A stretch of DNA of 63,605 nt, the filler included, from Candidatus Hydrogenedentota bacterium (GTDB lineage: Bacteria; JBFMHD01): assembly GCA_040752395.1 (NCBI GenBank). It is 7 parts of 7 records of this genome, joined end to end, with 100 filler letters (N's around TTAATTAATTAA, not from the genome) between each part and the next. Parts side by side here need not be neighbours in the genome. Positions count along the whole stretch, not along the records: positions 36,771 to 45,829 come from JBFMHD010000117.1; positions 45,930 to 54,807 come from JBFMHD010000118.1; 5 more parts are not named here. One strand, written 5' to 3'. The position numbers and the translations under genes were made by a program. The notes under the pieces were generated by a model. That model was given only the letters and a program-made list of their open reading frames with translations. It searched no databases and was not told the DNA's origin. Below, piece by piece: positions 40,143 through 49,745 of the stretch (positions within the stretch are counted from its first letter, which is position 1; each line of letters starts with the position of its first letter).

Positions 40143-40174
40143 AAGCGAAAAAGCAGGGCTTTGGAGAATGAAAC

Positions 40175-41659
40175 TTGAAGTGGTTAAAGAAAAAATTTAG
40201 TATCGCAAGTATTCGAAGAATAATACAAATAGTCTGTTTTCTGCTTTTTTTATACCTCGTTATTGAAAGTTCGTCTCCTTTCAAAGACACAATTATACCA
40301 GATAATATCTTTATCCGTCTCTCGCCTTATCTTGCTATAACCGGCGTCTTTCTCGAAATATCAATCCTAAAATTTATACCAGCAATAATAATTTTATTTT
40401 TAACTTTTATTCTTGGTAGATTTTTCTGTGGATGGGTCTGCCCTCTTGGTACATTACTGGATATAACAGATAAGGTATTATCTCGTGGTATCATCTCACT
40501 TACCGACAAAGAAAAAGTAAGAAGTAAGTCAAAAGGAGATAGTAATATCTTAAGATATATTAAATACATTTTATTTTTTATAAGTTTGATCTTATCTATC
40601 GCAGGGATTTGTGTAGCAGGGTTATTGGACCCATTATGTATAACGTTTCGCTTTTTTTCGCTTTCTTTATTTCCGTATCTTCATTGGGTTTTGGCTAAAG
40701 TCCAGGGCCTTGGTTTTATCGATTATCTAAACACATTTTCAGCTTCAAAACAGCCTTTATATAATACTCACATTATTATCAGTCTTGTTTTTGTAACTAT
40801 TATAGCAACTGAGTTAATTAAAAATCGGTTCTGGTGCAGATATCTCTGTCCCACCAGTGCGATACTTGCCATGGTCTCAAGATTTTCGTTTATTAAAAGA
40901 TATGTAACCTCTCCCTGTAATCAATGTGGTATATGCGGTAATATTTGTAGAATGGGAACACTTGGTAATAAAGGTGAGATTATACATCAAAGTGAATGCA
41001 TTGAATGTATGAGGTGCAAAGAAGAATGCAGTCAAAATGCTATAAAATGGGGTATTATTAAACAACAAACTGATATCTCCATAGATCGTCGTGTTTTTTT
41101 AAGTAGTATAATATCATCTTTGGTTTTAATACCTTTATTTAAGTTATCGACTAAAAGAAATTATATAAGACCACCTGGTGCCCTTTCTGAAAAAGAATTT
41201 TTAAAAAAGTGTGTTCGATGTGGTATGTGTATGAGGGTATGTCCAACGAATGGGCTCCAGCCTGTTATGGGACTTGAGACTCTATGGACCCCAGAGCTCA
41301 TACCCCGAATCGGCCCCTGTGAATATTACTGTAATGATTGTGGCAAGATATGTCCAGGTGGAGCTATACAAAAATTGACAATCAAACAAAAGACAAAATT
41401 TGTAATAGGAAGAGCAGAGATAAACAAGAAGACCTGTTTGGTCTGGTCAAAGTGGATACCCTGCCTGGTTTGTGAAGAGTTTTGTCCTGTACCTGAAAAA
41501 GCAATCAAGATTATAGATATAGAGTCAGGTATAGGTAAACCGGTTGTTGAGATCAACTTGTGTGTAGGTTGCGGCAAATGCGAGAATGTCTGTCCAGTTG
41601 AAGGATCAGCAATCAAAGTTAATCCTGTGGCAAAAACCAACATTTTATTAAATAGCTAA
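40175..41659 (+). CDS. Membrane polyferredoxin (NapH/MauN-like fused to MauM/NapG-like domain)
   Basis: GRFFCGWVCP, RFWCRYLCP, RPPGA and multiple CxxCxxCxxxCP motifs. Confidence 0.87.
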   Translation: MKWLKKKFSIASIRRIIQIVCFLLFLYLVIESSSPFKDTIIPDNIFIRLSPYLAITGVFLEISILKFIPAIIILFLTFILGRFFCGWVCPLGTLLDITDKVLSRGIISLTDKEKVRSKSKGDSNILRYIKYILFFISLILSIAGICVAGLLDPLCITFRFFSLSLFPYLHWVLAKVQGLGFIDYLNTFSASKQPLYNTHIIISLVFVTIIATELIKNRFWCRYLCPTSAILAMVSRFSFIKRYVTSPCNQCGICGNICRMGTLGNKGEIIHQSECIECMRCKEECSQNAIKWGIIKQQTDISIDRRVFLSSIISSLVLIPLFKLSTKRNYIRPPGALSEKEFLKKCVRCGMCMRVCPTNGLQPVMGLETLWTPELIPRIGPCEYYCNDCGKICPGGAIQKLTIKQKTKFVIGRAEINKKTCLVWSKWIPCLVCEEFCPVPEKAIKIIDIESGIGKPVVEINLCVGCGKCENVCPVEGSAIKVNPVAKTNILLNS

Positions 41660-41881
41660 AAGATTTTTTGCTCACTCCATTTCCTGTTTAAATAGAAGCT
41701 GCGATGAACGTATTGGCGTTCTACCCAAAGTAAGAAAAAAATCTTTGTGGACATCCCTCCCAACATATCGTATTATATTTATATGCATGATATGGATGAT
41801 GTCGGTGGTATCTGCCTTTTCCCTCAAGAAGTGCAAATAAAAAATAAAAACGATTGGATACAAGCGGAGAAGTGATTCATT

Positions 41882-42382
41882 ATGGACAAAACAATAAAAG
41901 TTATTAATGAATTGAAAAAGGAAGGTGTAATAAAAGATTATGCTATTGGTGGTGGTATCGCCGCCATATTTTATATTGAGCCAGTTCTGACGTATGACCT
42001 TGATATATTCTTTATTCCAGCTAATTGCGATAGAAAACTCGATATTCTATCACAAATTTACACATCACTTAAGAAAAAAGGATATCATTTTCATAAAGAG
42101 CACATAATAATTGAGGGCATACCTGTTCAATTTCTTCCAGCATATAATAACCTGGTTATCGAAGCGGTTGAAAAGGCAAAAATGAAACGTATCAAAAAAA
42201 TTACAACCCGCGTGGTAACGCCAGAATATCTGGTGGCAATTATGGTTCAAACTTATCGGCCAAAAGACAGGGAACGGATTGTCAAGTTTATCACTGAGGC
42301 TATTCTTGACAAAAAGCTATTAACCTATATTCTCCATAAGCACAGTTTATTTGATACTTATAGGAAAGTAACTCACATATGA
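41882..42382 (+). CDS. Nucleotidyltransferase-fold protein
   Basis: YAIGGGIA..Y.EP..TYDLDIF, R.KD. Confidence 0.78.
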   Translation: MDKTIKVINELKKEGVIKDYAIGGGIAAIFYIEPVLTYDLDIFFIPANCDRKLDILSQIYTSLKKKGYHFHKEHIIIEGIPVQFLPAYNNLVIEAVEKAKMKRIKKITTRVVTPEYLVAIMVQTYRPKDRERIVKFITEAILDKKLLTYILHKHSLFDTYRKVTHI

Positions 42383-42549
42383 GTTATCGAAAAGAGATGA
42401 ACCGTCTTATTAAAGGTAAAAAACAATATCATCGATCTCTATCTATACTTCCTATCGAACAGAAGATAGAGATTGTCATCAATTTGCAACGTCTTGCTGC
42501 GTCAATCCGTCCTAAGCTTAGAAAACAGGTTTGGAATATTAACAGATAG
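42379..42549 (+). CDS. Small partner ORF (56 aa), absent from the ORF track
   Basis: ATGA overlap; MSYRKEMNRLIKGKKQYHRSLSILPIEQKIEIVINLQRLAASIRPKLRKQVWNINR. Confidence 0.6.
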   Translation: MSYRKEMNRLIKGKKQYHRSLSILPIEQKIEIVINLQRLAASIRPKLRKQVWNINR

Positions 42550-42567
42550 TAGCAGATAAATCCTGGC

Positions 42568-44523
42568 CTACCATGAACCTAAGGATTGAAGTCTTGATAT
42601 GGCGGTCTGGTTCTGTGGGTCGAGCTCGACAACTTTTCTGTATAAAATAAAACTCTCTTTTAACATATTATTTACTCTGTAAATCTCAGCAAGGTTCAAT
42701 AAACCATCAACATATCCGGGGTTTAACATAATATTAAATTGATATTGTGTGATGGCGGTCTGGAGATCACCAAGGAAATACAGGGCATTCGCATAATTGT
42801 TTCTATAATCAGGGCTTAAGGGGTCGAGTTTCATAGCTTTCTCGAATAATCGCATTGCTTTTTCTTTTTCACCTGCTTCATAATACATAAACGCAAGTTT
42901 AGTTAGCCCGGCTGGATATAATGGATAAATCTTTAGATATTTTTGTATAAACGAAGCCATCTTTTCTCGGTTACCCAATTTTTCATAACATAACCCTATT
43001 CTGTATGGCAGCATTACGAAATACGGTGCTAAATTTTTTAGATTGTAATAGATATTTAAGGAAGAGTTATAATTGTTTCTGTCATATTCATTAGTTCCAT
43101 AAAAATATAACGCTTCGATGTAATTTTTATCCAGTCTCAAGGTTGTCTCATAAAGTTTTTTTGCTGTATCGTAATCATTATTTCTTGAATGTCTTACAGC
43201 TTCTCCAAGATAAAAATCAGATAAAAAAAGATTACTCACTGCAAATATTATAACGAAGATTGAAAGAATAACACTTATTATCTTTCTTGCTTCTTGCTTC
43301 TTGCTTCTTGCTTCTTGCTCAATTCCTGGATTAATAAAAATAGATAGCGCCATCCCTAAAATTAACCAGAAGAATATATTATTCTGAATATATCTAAAAT
43401 TAACACAGGTAGCATTGTGACTCATATATGCTATAAAGCCAAAGATAAATCCCTTCCTTATAACCTCGACTTCTTTATTTTTACAGTGAAACTTAAAAAT
43501 CCTGTAAATTATAAGTAAAATAATAGATACAAATAAGGATAAACCGATAACACCCTCCTCAACCAGAACCTCAAGATATTCATTGTGGGTATGAACCGTT
43601 TCGTTATTAATATTATGTTCAAATTTTAATACCTCAATCGGCCGAAAACCCGGGTAAATTATTCTAAAAGTGCCTCTACCAGTACCTTTTAAAAAGTTCT
43701 CTTGGATCATATCAAGGGTTGTTCTATAGGTATCTATTCTGAATGCGCTGGTACCGACATAACCAAACGATTTAACAAACTTTTCTCCCATCGGACTTGT
43801 AAAAAAATAGATGAAAAATAATGATACGAAGATAAAAATATATATTTTATAAGATGGTTTAAGCCATAGTGCGCGAGTTGTGTACAATATAAATATTATA
43901 AAAAACAGAATAGATACTATAAATCCTAAAAACGCACCCTTTGATTCAATCTCAAATAGGGAGTAAAGCAGAATAATACCTGTAAATGTAAATATCCCTA
44001 TCTTTATTATTCTACGATTATTGATACAATACAAAAGATACATAAGTAGAACAGGAAAGATAAATATAACAAACGCACCGAGAAAATTCTTATTTCCAAA
44101 AGACGAGAATAAAATAGCACCCCCAAAATCCATAAATCCAAATCGTATAAAGCCCATAATGATGCATAGCAATCCAAAAAGTATTATAAATACACCAAAA
44201 TTTTTCACTATCTCTTTATTTTGGAAATAATTTGCAGTATATATAGAAAAAACTATCATTCCTATATCATAGACTATTTCTCTTATTACGCTGATTTTAA
44301 AATCCGAGATAAAAATCTGGATTATTCTATAGATTAACAATAAAAATACTAAATATATTAACGGGTCTTTAAAATTGATTACAGGTTTATGGAATATAAT
44401 TATTATACTGATTAAAATAAAAAATAGAGCATATTTTATCTGTATCTCAAAATAATTTGAATAAGATACAGATAAACCCACGAGAAGAACTAATAACTGA
44501 ATTAAATCAATATATTTTCTCAC
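42568..44523 (-). CDS. O-antigen ligase (Wzy_C)-like membrane protein with C-terminal TPRs
   Basis: SSFGNKNFLG, SKGAFLG, G.GRGTF, HTHNEYL and TPR helices. Confidence 0.88.
   Translation of the reverse strand: MRKYIDLIQLLVLLVGLSVSYSNYFEIQIKYALFFILISIIIIFHKPVINFKDPLIYLVFLLLIYRIIQIFISDFKISVIREIVYDIGMIVFSIYTANYFQNKEIVKNFGVFIILFGLLCIIMGFIRFGFMDFGGAILFSSFGNKNFLGAFVIFIFPVLLMYLLYCINNRRIIKIGIFTFTGIILLYSLFEIESKGAFLGFIVSILFFIIFILYTTRALWLKPSYKIYIFIFVSLFFIYFFTSPMGEKFVKSFGYVGTSAFRIDTYRTTLDMIQENFLKGTGRGTFRIIYPGFRPIEVLKFEHNINNETVHTHNEYLEVLVEEGVIGLSLFVSIILLIIYRIFKFHCKNKEVEVIRKGFIFGFIAYMSHNATCVNFRYIQNNIFFWLILGMALSIFINPGIEQEARSKKQEARKIISVILSIFVIIFAVSNLFLSDFYLGEAVRHSRNNDYDTAKKLYETTLRLDKNYIEALYFYGTNEYDRNNYNSSLNIYYNLKNLAPYFVMLPYRIGLCYEKLGNREKMASFIQKYLKIYPLYPAGLTKLAFMYYEAGEKEKAMRLFEKAMKLDPLSPDYRNNYANALYFLGDLQTAITQYQFNIMLNPGYVDGLLNLAEIYRVNNMLKESFILYRKVVELDPQNQTAISRLQSLGSW
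43284..43318. repeat. (TTCTTGC)x5 perfect heptamer array inside a CDS
   Basis: Read directly from the sequence; encodes QEARSKKQEARK. Confidence 0.95.
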
Positions 44524-44587
44524 TGAATTATTATCAACAATATAATATAACTTATCTGATATATATTATCAAGACTTTTTTAATTTT

Positions 44588-44615
44588 TTGACAAATTAAG
44601 TTGTTTTGATATATT
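44588..44615 (+). promoter_or_regulatory. Candidate promoter of hicAB
   Basis: TTGACA-16 nt-TATATT with TG extension, 6 nt before the ATG (possibly leaderless). Confidence 0.45.
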
Positions 44616-44621
44616 TAAATT

Positions 44622-44846
44622 ATGAGCGGATTAGGCAATATAAAAGCAAAAGATATTGAAAAAGTACTTTCTAAATCAAATTATAAATTTCATCATCAAA
44701 GAGGAAGCCATAGATATTATGTGTTAGGGAACAAAATAATCGGTGTTCCTCAACATAAAGGTAAAACATTAGGTGTTGGTTTATGTCATAAAATTATTAC
44801 TAAAGATATGGGTATTACGATAGATGAATTTTTAAAATTAATTTAA
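44622..44846 (+). CDS. HicA-family toxin
   Basis: QRGSH, VPQH. Confidence 0.88.
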   Translation: MSGLGNIKAKDIEKVLSKSNYKFHHQRGSHRYYVLGNKIIGVPQHKGKTLGVGLCHKIITKDMGITIDEFLKLI

Positions 44847-44857
44847 GGGAGGTTAAC

Positions 44858-45094
44858 ATGCAAACTATTGAATATAAAGTAGTTATTCAAAAAGATGAAG
44901 AGAATAGAAGTTGGTGGGCATATTGTCCTGATTTGCCAGGTTGTAATTCAATAGGGGATACATTAGAAGAAGTAAAAATAAATATTAAAGAAGCAATTTT
45001 AGGCTATTTGGAAGTGTTAGAATCAATGAAAAAGGATGTTCCTATGCCATCAGAAGATAATTTAATTATTGAAAAAGTACCAATAACTATTTAA
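44858..45094 (+). CDS. HicB-family antitoxin
   Basis: CPDLPGCNSIGDTLEE. Confidence 0.88.
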   Translation: MQTIEYKVVIQKDEENRSWWAYCPDLPGCNSIGDTLEEVKINIKEAILGYLEVLESMKKDVPMPSEDNLIIEKVPITI

Positions 45095-45125
45095 GAGAAA
45101 GGAGATATGGATATCCTATATTTTC

Positions 45126-45494
45126 TCACGGAATAATTATCAATGAATTTTCATACCCGCCATATCTATCTCTGCTTGGATTAGACGGATCAAATTCCCA
45201 CCGTTCACCGAGATTAATAACAAATTTATACTGATGTCTGCCTTTCTCAAGCGGTACAACTACCGTCCATATCCCCTTTTCATTTTTTTTAAGATCTATC
45301 CTCTGTCTTTGTGTCCCGTATTCCCAATCATTAAAAGTTCCTGCAAGTTGCACCTCTCTTGCTGTCGGGTCATCAAATTGAAAAAGCCAGCCATCTTCAA
45401 CCTGATGTGGCGGCGGCAACCGATCCTTAACTACACTTAGAACGTTGCATCCAATAAATAATACTGAGACAATAAAAAAAACGATATACCTCAT
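45126..45494 (-). CDS. CBM48/AMPK-type glycogen-binding lipoprotein
   Basis: Lipobox-like FIGC; VQLAGTFNDW, GIW, YKFVI, W..DP.NP. Confidence 0.85.
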   Translation of the reverse strand: MRYIVFFIVSVLFIGCNVLSVVKDRLPPPHQVEDGWLFQFDDPTAREVQLAGTFNDWEYGTQRQRIDLKKNEKGIWTVVVPLEKGRHQYKFVINLGERWEFDPSNPSRDRYGGYENSLIIIP

Positions 45495-45742
45495 CTTAAT
45501 ATCTCCTCTGAAAAACATTGTAACTCTAATGATATCAAGTAGAAGCAAGAAGCAAGATAACGGAAGAAGTGAGAGGTATCAGGAGAGGCTACAGGCTACA
45601 GGCTACGGACTACAGCCGGCTGGAGCCAAAAGCCCGGAGCCTGAAGCCAACATCCTTTAAAAAATTCAAAATACAAAATGCAGAAATCTGGGGTCAGCAA
45701 CCAGAATTTAGAACGCAAGAACGCAATAGTGTAGAGCGCAAA
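45495..45742 (-). repeat. Stacked cassette upstream of the CBM48 gene
   Basis: Reverse complement matches 1-125, 27379-27505 and 34644-34780. Confidence 0.9.
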
Positions 45743-45929
45743 GCCGGTACAGGGATAACGTTGACCAACGGAGCCATTACTCAGACTATCTATGTATCCG
45801 GGACCGGCGCCCAGACGCTCGATTTTTCGNNNNNNNNNNNNNNNNNNNNNNNNNNNNNNNNNNNNNNNNNNNNTTAATTAATTAANNNNNNNNNNNNNNN
45901 NNNNNNNNNNNNNNNNNNNNNNNNNNNNN

Positions 45930-46053
45930 AATAGGGTAGAGCGCAACCCACGCTCATGAGTACTCCTTCGAAAAAGTTCGGAGTTCGGAGTTCGGAGCTA
46001 TTATTACGAACTCCTAACTCCTATCTTTTTCATACGTTGTGTACCCCGTTAGA
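45930..46053 (-). repeat. GGAGTT(C/A)/GAACTCC heptamer hairpin module, SD-ATG, then octamer module start
   Basis: Reverse complement: ATGAAAAAG ataggagttaggagttcg...ccgaactccgaactccgaa CTTTTTCgaaggagtactcATGagcg. Confidence 0.85.
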
Positions 46054-46155
46054 GAACGATATTACTTTTTATTATTACAGGAGTCAAGTAATTATTGACG
46101 GATGGCTACAAATCTTAATATAATAATTAAAATTTTTTCGGGGGGTAAAAAAAAG

Positions 46156-47238
46156 ATGAGTAAAAGCGAGATCGAAGTTTTAAGGGATAAAATCAATGCA
46201 ATAGATGATAATATTGTTGTTCTTTTAAGAAAGCGGGCTTGTTTAGCAAAAAGTATAGGTGAGATAAAACTTAAAACAGGTAAAGAATTTTATAGCCCGG
46301 TTCGCGAACACAAGATATATAGAAATCTATTAAAAAAAGAATCAGGTGATTTTCATAAGAAGGGATTGCTTGCTGTTTTTCGCGAGATTCAATCAGTCTG
46401 TCTTAATCTTGAGAAACAGCTACGAATCGTATATTTAGGGCCGGAGGCAAGTTTTACACACATAGCCTCTCGTGAGAAATTCGGGGATAGCGCTTTTTAT
46501 TATCCAGTAAAGACTATATCTGATGTTTTTGATGAGGTAGCAAGAGAATCCGCACCCTACGGCATTGTACCGATTGAGAATACCAGCGAAGGCGCGGTTA
46601 CTCATACACTCGATATGTTTCTTGAATATGATTTAAAAATCTGTGCTGAGCTCTCGATAAAGATATCTCATTGTCTCTTGAGTAAAGCTAAAAAATTACA
46701 ACAGATAAAAAGGATTTATTCTAATCCACAGGCTCTTGGTCAGTGCAGGATTTATATAGAATCACATTTTCCTGGGGTCGAGGTTATTGAAGTATCATCT
46801 ACTGCCTCTGCAGCGCAGATCGCCTCGAAAAACAAAGACTCTGCTGCTATTGCAAGTAAACTCGCAGGCGAAGTATACAATATACCAGTTATCGATAGCG
46901 AAATAGAAGATAGAAAAAATAATTATACCCGCTTTCTTGTAATAGGCAAAAATTTTATAGAAAGGTCAGGAGAGGATAAGACCTCTATAGTATTCAGTGT
47001 AAAAGATGAGGTCGGAATTTTATACAGGATGTTGAAACCATTTGCTTTAAATGGAATTAATCTTACTAAAATAGAGTCCAGACCTTCAAAAACCAAACCC
47101 TGGGAATATTATTTCTTCCTTGATTTTGAAGGTTATTATAAAGACACAAAAGTTAGAAGAGCTTTATTTGAACTTGAAAAAAATTGTACGTTTATAAAAA
47201 TTCTCGGTAGTTATCCAAGAGAGGTTATCAAAGAATGA
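46156..47238 (+). CDS. pheA: Chorismate mutase / prephenate dehydratase
   Basis: CM domain, YLGP.ASFT, PIENTSEG, NYTRF, LTKIESRP. Confidence 0.96.
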   Translation: MSKSEIEVLRDKINAIDDNIVVLLRKRACLAKSIGEIKLKTGKEFYSPVREHKIYRNLLKKESGDFHKKGLLAVFREIQSVCLNLEKQLRIVYLGPEASFTHIASREKFGDSAFYYPVKTISDVFDEVARESAPYGIVPIENTSEGAVTHTLDMFLEYDLKICAELSIKISHCLLSKAKKLQQIKRIYSNPQALGQCRIYIESHFPGVEVIEVSSTASAAQIASKNKDSAAIASKLAGEVYNIPVIDSEIEDRKNNYTRFLVIGKNFIERSGEDKTSIVFSVKDEVGILYRMLKPFALNGINLTKIESRPSKTKPWEYYFFLDFEGYYKDTKVRRALFELEKNCTFIKILGSYPREVIKE

Positions 47239-48371
47239 AATACTCTATTAAACCAAGAGAGATTATTCATTCTCTTACCCCTTATGTTCCCGGTACACCT
47301 GTTGAAAATATAAAAAACAGATATGGGCTGAAGACCGTCTATAAACTTGCATCTAATGAAAATCTCTGTGGAGTATCTGAGAATGTAATAAGAGAAATAA
47401 AAGAAAACATTAACGAGATAAGTTATTATCCTGATGGTGACGCTTTGTTATTAAAGAACAGATTAGCTAAATTTTTTTGTGTTGATGAGAAAAATATTAT
47501 TCTTGGTGCGGGCTCTGATGAACTTATTATGTATATATGCATCACTTTCCTTGAAAAAGGTGATAACGTTATTCAGTCCTGGCCCGCATTTATAAGATAT
47601 CTGCAGAATGCAAAAATTATGGCCGCTACTGTAAAACTCGTACCTTTAAAAAATTGGAAACATAATGTTAAAGCTATCATCGATTCAATTGATAATAAAA
47701 CTAAAATAGTTTTCATTGATAATCCCATAAATCCGGTTGGCACCTATCTTGATATCAGCAACTTTGAATGGTTTATGAAAAGAGTACCAAAAAATATACT
47801 TATTGTTTTAGATGAGGCTTATTTTGAATTTGTAGATAAAAAGGATTATCCTGATGGCTTATACTACTTGAAAAAATTTCCGAACTTAATTGTTCTTCGA
47901 ACTTTCTCTAAATCATATTCATTAGCAGGAGTGCGAGTGGGGTATGGGATTTGTTCATTCGAGATAGCTGATTGGATTAACAGGGTAAGATGCCCGTTTA
48001 ATGTTAATCGAGTGGCTCAGATAGCTGCAGCAGCATCTTTGAAAGAAACAAGCTTATATAAAAGAAAAATTGCAAAAATAAAAAAAGAACGAGAATATCT
48101 TCAAAAGGAGCTTACCAACGCAAAGATAGAATTTGTTCCCTCGAATACTAATTTTATTTTAATAAACGTCAAACAGGATTCTTCAATTGTATATGAAAAA
48201 TTATGTAGAAAAGGTGTTATTGTAAGACCGATGAAAGGCATTAAAGAGATTGAAAATTATATAAGATTGACAATCAGTCCGAAGAGAGAAGTTAATAAAT
48301 ATGTGATTAAATTATTAAATGAGATGAGATATCAGGGGTTGGTGTGGGGGCAAGAAGTGGCGAGCTTATAA
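47235..48371 (+). CDS. hisC: Histidinol-phosphate / aromatic aminotransferase
   Basis: KLASNEN, NP.NP.G, DEAY, RTFSKSYSLAG.R.GY. Confidence 0.94.
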   Translation: MKYSIKPREIIHSLTPYVPGTPVENIKNRYGLKTVYKLASNENLCGVSENVIREIKENINEISYYPDGDALLLKNRLAKFFCVDEKNIILGAGSDELIMYICITFLEKGDNVIQSWPAFIRYLQNAKIMAATVKLVPLKNWKHNVKAIIDSIDNKTKIVFIDNPINPVGTYLDISNFEWFMKRVPKNILIVLDEAYFEFVDKKDYPDGLYYLKKFPNLIVLRTFSKSYSLAGVRVGYGICSFEIADWINRVRCPFNVNRVAQIAAAASLKETSLYKRKIAKIKKEREYLQKELTNAKIEFVPSNTNFILINVKQDSSIVYEKLCRKGVIVRPMKGIKEIENYIRLTISPKREVNKYVIKLLNEMRYQGLVWGQEVASL

Positions 48372-48413
48372 AAACTTTTATAAAGAAAAAGAAAGGATTA
48401 GAAAAACCATCAC

Positions 48414-48704
48414 ATGAAAATTCGCATTCTTGAATCTGCATCACAAGACTTGATCGAGGGATTTCATTTTTACGAAAAACAATCAAATGGACTTGGAGGT
48501 TATTTTATAGATTCTTTATTTTCTGACATTGATTCCCTGCAAATTTATGCAGGGGGTCATCCGTTATATTTTGGCTATCACCCTACGCTTTCAAAACGCT
48601 TTCCATTTGCTATCTATTATAAAATATCTGATAATGAAGCAGTAGTATATGCTATTCTTGATTGCCGCAAGAATCCTGCATGGATAAAAAAACGACTACA
48701 ATAA
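48414..48704 (+). CDS. RelE/ParE-family toxin
   Basis: ASQDL..FYE.Q..GLG, RFPFAIYY, LDCRKNP. Confidence 0.85.
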   Translation: MKIRILESASQDLIEGFHFYEKQSNGLGGYFIDSLFSDIDSLQIYAGGHPLYFGYHPTLSKRFPFAIYYKISDNEAVVYAILDCRKNPAWIKKRLQ

Positions 48705-48731
48705 ATGTGAAGTTTTCGAAGGAGACTTTCT

Positions 48732-49745
48732 ATGATCGTTGTATTAAAACCAGATGCTACTCCAAATGATATGGAATATATTATAGAAAAAATTAAGGAA
48801 TGGGGGTTTGAGGTCCATATCTCAAAAGGGAAAGAAAGAACTATTATAGGCATCATAGGCGACGAGCGTTTAATAAAAGAGAAACCACTTAATATTTTTC
48901 GTGGTGTTGAGCAGGTGTTACCAATACTTAAACCTTATAAGCTTGTGAGTCGTGAGTTTCAGCATGAGGGAACAAAGATAAAAATCGGTGATGTTATGAT
49001 AGGTGGGAATGAGATTGTTATTATGGCTGGACCCTGCTCTGTTGAGAGTGAAGAACAGGTTTTAGAGATAGCTAAAGAAGTTAAAGAAGCCGGGGCAAAA
49101 GTTTTCCGAGGTGGAGCTTTTAAACCGCGAACATCACCTTACAGCTTCCAGGGGTTAGGTATCGAGGGGTTAAAAATATTAGATGTTGTCCGTAAAGAAA
49201 TCGGACTCATTATCGTTACTGAGATTATGGATGTGAGAGATGTCGAGACTTTTATTGAGTATGCTGATATAATCCAGGTGGGTGCAAGAAATATGCAGAA
49301 TTTTAATCTATTAAAAGAATTAGGGACTATCGATAAACCTGTTCTTTTAAAAAGGGGCATGGCTTCTACACTTGAAGAACTATTTATGTCAGCTGAATAT
49401 ATAGCAAAAGGCGGGAATAAAAATATAATTTTATGTGAACGTGGTATACGGACTTTTAATACTTATTTAAGAAATACGCCGGATTTATCTGCTATACCTA
49501 TAATTCATAAAGAAACACATCTCCCATGTGTTTTTGACCCGAGCCACAGTTTAGGGACATGGGAGTTTGTTGAACCGATGTCAATGGCTGCTGTTGCCTG
49601 CGGAGTCGATGGCTTGTTAATAGAAGTACATAATTGTCCAGAAGAAGCTTTATGTGATGGCTCCCAGAGCCTTAAACCCAGAAGATTTAAAAGACTCATA
49701 GAAAACTTAAAAAAAATCGCACTCTGCATGGAAAGAAAGATATGA
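48732..49745 (+). CDS. aroF: DAHP synthase (type I-beta, N-terminal regulatory domain)
   Basis: AGPCSVE, GGAFKPRTSPYSFQG, GARNMQNF, DPSH. Confidence 0.96.
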   Translation: MIVVLKPDATPNDMEYIIEKIKEWGFEVHISKGKERTIIGIIGDERLIKEKPLNIFRGVEQVLPILKPYKLVSREFQHEGTKIKIGDVMIGGNEIVIMAGPCSVESEEQVLEIAKEVKEAGAKVFRGGAFKPRTSPYSFQGLGIEGLKILDVVRKEIGLIIVTEIMDVRDVETFIEYADIIQVGARNMQNFNLLKELGTIDKPVLLKRGMASTLEELFMSAEYIAKGGNKNIILCERGIRTFNTYLRNTPDLSAIPIIHKETHLPCVFDPSHSLGTWEFVEPMSMAAVACGVDGLLIEVHNCPEEALCDGSQSLKPRRFKRLIENLKKIALCMERKI

